Below, piece by piece: positions 55,701 to 64,000 of a stretch of DNA of 64,000 bases (position 1 is the stretch's first letter; each line of letters begins with the position of its first letter). Location of the stretch: the NCBI GenBank assembly GCA_951406725.2, contig OX597827.1:72664001-72728000 (forward strand), given 5' to 3'. The stretch comes from Octopus vulgaris (taxonomy: Eukaryota). The translations under genes and the position numbers were made by a program. Below the pieces are notes generated by a model that worked only from the letters and a program-made list of their open reading frames with translations, was not told where the DNA came from and made no database searches.

Positions 55701-56320
55701 ATTACAACAATAGCAACAATAACAACAACAACAACAACAACAAACTAGATAGTAAAAATAAAAATATAAACATAAAAACTTCAAAATGTGTGTGTGCGGG
55801 TCTGTGTGCATATATATGCGTATGCTTGTGTGTAATAATGCATGTGTGTTTGTGTGTGTGTGTATTTATGGTTGTATTTATATATGCATGAATGCATTAT
55901 TTATATATATTTATGTGAGTGTATATATGTGTAGTTATGCATATTTTCTGATGGGACAAACTGGAATTTCCTTTATCCTGTTTGAATACTTGTAACCTTC
56001 ACCTAGCACAGATCCAACAGTTGCCCTTAAGAAGTTTGTTTGGCAAAACCTTATAATACTCCGTAACCTTATAATCCATTCTTCCATGACCAACCCTCCA
56101 TAACCTTTTAAGAGTTATTAGGTAAATATAGGCGCAGGAGTGGCTGTGTGGTAAGTAGCTTGCTTAGCAACCACATGGTTCCGGGTTCAGTCCCACTGCA
56201 TGGCACCTTGGGCAAGTGTCTTCTACTATAGCCTTGGGCCGACCAAAGCCTTGTGAGTGGATTTGGCAGACAGAAACTGAGAGAAGCCTGTCGTATATAT
56301 ATATATACATATATATATAT

Positions 56321-56374
<54 letters not shown>

Positions 56375-58869
56375 TTGTGCTTGTCCCCCCCACCATCGCT
56401 TGACAACCGAGGCTGGTGTGTTTACATCCCCGTAACTTAGCAGTTTGGCAAAAGAGACCAATAGAATAAGTACTAGGCTTACAAAGATTGAGTCCTGGGG
56501 TTGATTTGTTTGACTAAAGGCGGTGCCCCAGCATGGCCACAGTCAAATGACTGAAACAAATAAAAGAGTATATATAATATATGTAATGTAAGGCTGTGAG
56601 TTGGCAGAATAATAAGCATACTTAGCATAAAAACTTAAAAGTATTTCCTCCAAGTTGTTTGGAGGCTGTGATTGAAGCCAATGGCTATTTTATTGAATAA
56701 ATTCACTGTTTAGTATTTCAAGATATTTTTATGTAATTTTGGTAAATATATCTGATAAAATGAGATGTTAGTGTTATTTTCATTTTTGCGTAATTTAGAT
56801 AATATATCCACCACGCCCTGCATGTGTATTATATATGTAATGTATATATAATAAATAAATATAATATATATGTGTGTGTGTAATAATTAAATCATATATT
56901 ATGCATTTTATTGTGTTTTGTTATGCATATGATCCCCTGTTCCATGGGAAAACTGTCTTGACTGAAACCAGTCTGTGATACAAAAATGTCTGGAGACCAC
57001 TAACGTAAGGCATAAATAAAAGCCCATATGATGTTCAGGTTTTCTGTTGTAGTAAATTTATCATAAGCTAAGAGATACAAACTACACTTTTTAAGCTTGA
57101 AATATATCTTTCCGAAATTAGAAGTCACTTTATAAGGTGGGAATAGAATGTAAACCATAACCACAAAGAGATAATCAAGAAAAATTGGGCTCCGGGTGAT
57201 TGAGGTGTACTTCTTGTTGTAACTCCAGCAAGTTACCACAAATAATTTCAAATAGAAGTGGAAATTAGTGAATCTATTTAATATATTGGAATTTGTAGTT
57301 TTGTGGTACCAGTGCCGGTGGCACATACGAAAACCATCCGAACGTGGCCGTAGCCAGTACCGCATTGACTGGCCTCCGTGCCGGTGGCACGTAAAAAACA
57401 CCATCCGAGCGTGGCCGTTCACCAGCCTCGTCTGGCACCTGTGTCGGTGGCACATAAAATCACCCACTACACTCTCGGAGTGGTTGGCGTTAGGAAGGGC
57501 ATCCAGCTGTAGAAACACTGCCAGATCTGACTGGCCTGGTGCAGCCTTCGGGCTTCCCAGACCCCAGTTGAACCGTCCAACCCATGCTAGCATGGAAAGC
57601 GGACGTTAAACGATGATGATGATGATGATGAACATACAGATTACCAGTGACATGTAATAATGATTTAAAAAATTGTTTACCTGGCGGGAGATTATATTTT
57701 TTGTGTCGAAACATGGCCTGGAATCTAAGGGTTTTAGATCTAATTTAGCAGAAACCAAAGTCCTAGTAAGTGGGAAAACAGAAAAATCACAAGTCCCTTC
57801 TCGGAGATGGCCCTACTTGATATGTAAAAAGGGTGTCTGTAGAAACTCCATATGTTGTATCCAGTGAAAGCGTTGGTGTAGTGGTATCAGATGAAGGTTA
57901 ACGGAGAATATAGTGTTGTGTGTTGCAAATGCATTAAAATGGGAAAAAATTATGGTATTTTTTTTTTAAATCGTAGACTCATCATAGACGCGCGCTAATA
58001 CCCAGAAGGGCTCGATATGAATCACGACTATAAGATACCCACTTTTGGTTACACTGCACCGCAAAATGTGGGAGTAGTTAGGAATCTAAATCATTGGGAG
58101 ACAGACACACAACTTCACTTTTATATATATATATATATGACAGATAGTTGCATACATACATATATACATATTTTTTTAACATTCAATTTCTATACTTGTG
58201 ATTGGTTGGAAGGTGTTTTCTTGAGACAGATCATCTATGGCTGGATGATCTTGCTCTCGTCACTCTTCACCTGTTTTCGTGAAAGGTAATATTTTCCTCA
58301 TGACCAGATATTTTCTGAAGGAAGACTGCAAATGAAGGACACTGAATTCATAATGCTGGTGTGAAGGCGTAGTCATAGGTGCAGACGTGGCTGTGTGGTA
58401 AGAAGCTTACTTCCGAACCACATGGTTCTGGGTTCAGTCCCACTGAATGGCACTTTGGGCTACCAAATTCTCTCACAAGGCTTTGGTAGATGGAAACTAA
58501 AAGATGTGTGTGTGTGTGTGTGTGCATATGGATGTGTGTGTGTGTATGTGTAGGAGCATGTGTGTGTGTATAAGCATGTGTGTGTGTGTGTGTATTATGT
58601 GCACGTGTGTGTCTGTATCTCTGTGTTTGTCCCCTAAATCCACCATGTGACAACCAGTGCTAATGCAACTACATCCTTGTAACTTAGCGGTCCAGCAAAA
58701 GAGACTGACAGAATAAGCACCAGGTTTAAAGAAACAAAAATAAGCACTGGGGTCGATATGTTTGACTGGAAATTCTTCAAGGCTGTGCTCCAGCATGGCC
58801 ACAATCTAAATACTGAAACAAGTTAAAGATAAAAAAAAAACTATCAGTCGATGACAAGTGAAATTGACT

Positions 58870-58903
<34 letters not shown>

Positions 58904-59974
58904 TTTTGCCTAAAGTCACCATCTTGTCCCCTATTCTCCTCTTCAGATGTAGGGGCTTTTTAGTCATGTACATTACAATGCATTCATGCTGGTGTCACAG
59001 AGTAAAGGAAAGGCATCCAGAACACCTTACAAAATGGTTGTTGTTAGGAAGGGCATTCAGAGGTAGAAAGCATGCAACTTTGGAGTGCAATGTGGTCCCT
59101 TGCCCTGTTGGATTGTGTAAAACTCTTCCAACCCATGCCAGCAAGGAAAGTGGATATGATGAAATGATGATGATGATGATGATGATGATAATGGTTTCTC
59201 TCTCTCTTTCTTTCTCTCTCTCTCTTTCTGTAAAATTACTGAAAGAGATTATAAAACTATTTCTCTCTTTCTATGAGAACACAGAGCTGAATGGGCAGTG
59301 GAAGTGGGCCAAAAGCACAAAAGACACACAAAAAGGAAAAAAAAAAACTAACAACAACAACAATTACAACAATAGCAACAATAACAACAACAACAACAAC
59401 AACAAACTAGATAGTAAAAATAAAAATATAAACATAAAAACTTCAAAATGTGTGTGTGCGGGTCTGTGTGCATATATATGCGTATGCTTGTGTGTAATAA
59501 TGCATGTGTGTTTGTGTGTGTGTGTGTATTTATGGTTGTATTTATATATGCATGAATGCATTATTTATATATATTTATGTGAGTGTATATATGTGTAGTT
59601 ATGCATATTTTCTGATGGGACAAACTGGAATTTCCTTTATCCTGTTTGAATACTTGTAACCTTCACCTAGCACAGATCCAACAGTTGCCCTTAAGAAGTT
59701 TGTTTGGCAAAACCTTATAATACTCCGTAACCTTATAATCCATTCTTCCATGACCAACCCTCCATAACCTTTTAAGAGTTATTAGGTAAATATAGGCGCA
59801 GGAGTGGCTGTGTGGTAAGTAGCTTGCTTAGCAACCACATGGTTCCGGGTTCAGTCCCACTGCATGGCACCTTGGGCAAGTGTCTTCTACTATAGCCTTG
59901 GGCCGACCAAAGCCTTGTGAGTGGATTTGGCAGACAGAAACTGAGAGAAGCCTGTCGTATATATATATATATAC

Positions 59975-60048
<74 letters not shown>

Positions 60049-61605
60049 TTGTGCTTGTCCCCCCCCACCATCGCTTGACAACCGAGGCTGGTGTGTTTAC
60101 ATCCCCGTAACTTAGCAGTTTGGCAAAAGAGACCAATAGAATAAGTACTAGGCTTACAAAGATTGAGTCCTGGGGTTGATTTGTTTGACTAAAGGCGGTG
60201 CCCCAGCATGGCCACAGTCAAATGACTGAAACAAATAAAAGAGTATATATAATATATGTAATGTAAGGCTGTGAGTTGGCAGAATAATAAGCATACTTAG
60301 CATAAAAACTTAAAAGTATTTCCTCCAAGTTGTTTGGAGGCTGTGATTGAAGCCAATGGCTATTTTATTGAATAAATTCACTGTTTAGTATTTCAAGATA
60401 TTTTTATGTAATTTTGGTAAATATATCTGATAAAATGAGATGTTAGTGTTATTTTCATTTTTGCGTAATTTAGATAATATATCCACCACGCCCTGCATGT
60501 GTATTATATATGTAATGTATATATAATAAATAAATATAATATATATGTGTGTGTGTAATAATTAAATCATATATTATGCATTTTATTGTGTTTTGTTATG
60601 CATATGATCCCCTGTTCCATGGGAAAACTGTCTTGACTGAAACCAGTCTGTGATACAAAAATGTCTGGAGACCACTAACGTAAGGCATAAATAAAAGCCC
60701 ATATGATGTTCAGGTTTTCTGTTGTAGTAAATTTATCATAAGCTAAGAGATACAAACTACACTTTTTAAGCTTGAAATATATCTTTCCGAAATTAGAAGT
60801 CACTTTATAAGGTGGGAATAGAATGTAAACCATAACCACAAAGAGATAATCAAGAAAAATTGGGCTCCGGGTGATTGAGGTGTACTTCTTGTTGTAACTC
60901 CAGCAAGTTACCACAAATAATTTCAAATAGAAGTGGAAATTAGTGAATCTATTTAATATATTGGAATTTGTAGTTTTGTGGTACCAGTGCCGGTGGCACA
61001 TACGAAAACCATCCGAACGTGGCCGTAGCCAGTACCGCATTGACTGGCCTCCGTGCCGGTTGCACGTAAAAAACACCATCCGAGCGTGGCCGTTCCCCAG
61101 CCTCGTCTGGCACCTGTGTCGGTGGCACATAAAATCACCCACTACACTCTCGGAGTGGTTGGCGTTAGGAAGGGCATCCAGCTGTAGAAACACTGCCAGA
61201 TCTGACTGGCCTGGTGCAGCCTTCGGGCTTCCCAGACCCCAGTTGAACCGTCCAACCCATGCTAGCATGGAAAGCAGACGTTAAACGATGATGATGATGA
61301 TGATGAACATACAGATTACCAGTGACATGTAATAATGATTTAAAAAATTGTTTACCTGGCGGGAGATTATATTTTTTGTGTCGAAACATGGCCTGGAATC
61401 TAAGGGTTTTAGATCTAATTTAGCAGAAACCAAAGTCCTAGTAAGTGGGAAAACAGAAAAATCACAAGTCCCTTCTCGGAGATGGCCCTACTTGATATGT
61501 AAAAAGGGTGTCTGTAGAAACTCCATATGTTGTATCCAGTGAAAGCGTTGGTGTAGTGGTATCAGATGAAGGTTAACGGAGAATATAGTGTTGTGTGTTG
61601 CAAAT
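46965..61605. repeat. Four-copy tandem duplication of a ~3.65-3.68 kb repeat-mosaic segment
   Basis: Homologous ORF positions 49692, 53339, 57000, 60675; junctions at ~50618, ~54266, ~57927. Confidence 0.95.
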
Positions 61606-61945
61606 GTGCAAGTATAATAAGTAGATAACGTCGTGAAAAGTTGCAGATAGCATTTTTATCTAGGAGACAAAGTTAGCAACGGGAGAAGGAGTTGAAAGTA
61701 TAGTTGCTAAGATAAGAACACGCTCGATAAAGTTCAGAGAGCCTGTGTATGTGTAGATGTTAGATGGCAGTGCAACGTGGGCTTTGACGACAGAGGATTT
61801 GCAAAGGCTTGAGAGAAATGAAGATAGAATGCTCTGCTGGAGTAAATGGCCTGTGTGCAAGCGTGACAAAAAGTAAAGGATTTAAGAGGCAAACTGTGTA
61901 GAAGAGGCGTCAGATGTTGTGTACAAGAAAGAAGACTGCACTTGT
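61385..61945 (+). mobile_element. Degenerate RTE-like RT fragment (only its 5' part lies in the tandem units)
   Basis: Similar to 40822-41250 and to the 10126-10862 ORF. Confidence 0.7.
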
Positions 61946-62079
61946 TTGGAGCTAATCAGTGCAGCAGGACGTAAAACGTCTAACATTTCTGCTAGCCTGC
62001 TTGTGTGTCTGTTATTTACACTGGGTATCCAGTATAGAGTATCAATTTACTCCTTTTGTGTATATCAAACATGATCATT

Positions 62080-62113
<34 letters not shown>

Positions 62114-62638
62114 ATGTGATATTCTCTGTCAGCAAAACTGCCCTCTGAAAATATGTGGAGTAAATATGCAGAGTAGAAAATATGTGGAGTAAAAAAAAAC
62201 CCTTGCTTAAAAACAGGTAAAGATTATTAAGGGACAGGATATCCCAGCTGCAAAACAGCACTTCATTAGTAATATGTATTTGGCTAACCTATACTAACAT
62301 GGGAAAAAAGACATTAACCCTTTAGCATTCAGATTATTCCGTCAAAGGCAACACTTATTTATTCCCATTATTTTGAATGAATCATGCATTATCTCAGGGC
62401 TTTGAGATTTTAATGATGTGATTGTATATTTCCAGAATGTCTTTGTGGTGTAGGTGTGAAAAGTCAGATCTGACTAGCTTGAACATAAAACAGGTTGTAT
62501 ATTTGGGTTGGTTATGGCTGGTTTAAATTCTAAACGGTTAAACAAAATATACATATATACAAATATAGTTAAGTTATATTTGGATAAAAATAAAGCTCGT
62601 AGAATGCTGTGTAAAGCATGTCCACATTTACTGGCTAC

Positions 62639-62692
62639 CTGATGTCATCATACAGTTGAGATGCTCCTGCTACTAGATTTATTTCAGAAATT
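62639..62692 (-). CDS. Possible micro-exon ([18 protein letters not shown])
   Basis: tactacag acceptor, CAG|GTAGCC donor, 54 nt, unique sequence, YDDI motif. Confidence 0.45.
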
Positions 62693-62784
62693 CTGTAGTA
62701 TCCATAGAGTTTATATAAATTGATTACAGACAGGAAATGGAATTCATGAAATTTCTTATTCAAAACCACTACAGTTGTTTTCCC

Positions 62785-62787
<3 letters not shown>

Positions 62788-62841
<54 letters not shown>

Positions 62842-62888
62842 TATATATACATATATATATATATATACACATATGCATACATATATAC

Positions 62889-62951
<63 letters not shown>

Positions 62952-63102
62952 CATACATACATACATACATATACATACATATATATATACATACATATAC
63001 ATATACATACATACATACATACATACATATACATACATATATATACATACATACATATACATACATACATATACATACATACATATACATACATACATAC
63101 AT

Positions 63103-63163
<61 letters not shown>

Positions 63164-63270
63164 CATACACACATAAATATATACATACATACACATATGT
63201 ATATGTATGTATATGCATATAGAAAGAATGATAAAAAATAAGTATACATAAACACACACACACACACACT
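62788..63270. repeat. (TA)n/(TACA)n compound microsatellite
   Basis: Seen directly. Confidence 0.95.
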
Positions 63271-63577
63271 TTCATCTTCCACAAGCTACCGACTGCACAA
63301 GTGAAACCTTTTCTGTCCTACTTTGCTGTTTATAATGTCATACAATTACACATGGACCACATTCTCACACATACACACACATACATCGTGCATACGTATC
63401 ATATATCTTAGTCAAATGACTGATATCCTTTGAAATGTCTCCATATATATGTTACAAACGTCTATATAATTATATACTCCTTGTGCTTCGGTTTTTCCTA
63501 TTGGTGTGTTTAATATGTGTGTATGCATGACTGTGTGCGCGTGTATCTGCAAATGTGGATATGCATGTATATACTAA

Positions 63578-63660
<83 letters not shown>

Positions 63661-63742
63661 ATATATATATATATATATATTTATAGATGTGTGTGTGCAT
63701 GTATGTGTGTGAGTGTATATAAGTGTGTGTGTGTGTGTGTAT

Positions 63743-64000
63743 ATACTGGATGCGGTGAATAAACTGTCGTCTAAATTAAAATAACACTGACATCTCAGTT
63801 TAACAGATATATTTACCAAAGTTACATGAAAATATCTTGAAATACTAAACAGTAAATTTATTCAATAAAATCACCATTGGCTTCAACTACGGCTGCCAGA
63901 CGACTTCGGAATCTCCTGCAACTCTTCTGGATGGTCTCCTTGTTTAAGTTGGTGAATGCTGCCATAATCCTTGCCTTCAGTTCATCTTTGGTGTTACAAG
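63743..64000 (-). mobile_element. Tc1/mariner transposon 3' end (transposase C-terminus, stop at 63858-63860)
   Basis: CNTKDELKARIMAAFTNLNKETIQKSCRRFRSRLAAVVEANGDFIE*; older remnants in each 3.66-kb unit (e.g. 49345-49512). Confidence 0.8.

Noticed and set aside
62635-63819. Long YI/CV/HT-rich ORFs here and elsewhere (also poly-M/D/S at 11372-11907)
   Set aside because: Microsatellite translation artefacts

Overview
AT-rich, microsatellite-dense eukaryotic genomic DNA. The SINE/LINE repertoire resembles octopus (cephalopod) genomes; this is inferred, not proven. The window is mostly intronic. A minus-strand host gene is visible as about 9 micro-exons (19-54 nt) encoding acidic-Tyr and Pro-rich motifs. 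The introns hold tRNA-derived SINEs, RTE-like LINE fragments, a 5'-truncated Penelope-like element (RT plus frameshifted GIY-YIG), nested non-autonomous Helitrons, MITEs, a 5S pseudogene, a SINE-derived 147-bp satellite and a 4 x ~3.66 kb tandem duplication. The most notable signal is a large set of predicted type I hammerhead ribozymes in several sequence-unrelated small elements, mostly at (TA)n tracts and often folded back on themselves. The largest is a near-homogeneous array of ~11 x 360 bp (42.5-46.7 kb) ending in one inverted copy. Each unit carries a hammerhead with a non-canonical CCGACGA core, which looks like a retrozyme or non-autonomous Penelope-dependent system. All ribozyme calls were folded by eye and have not been tested.
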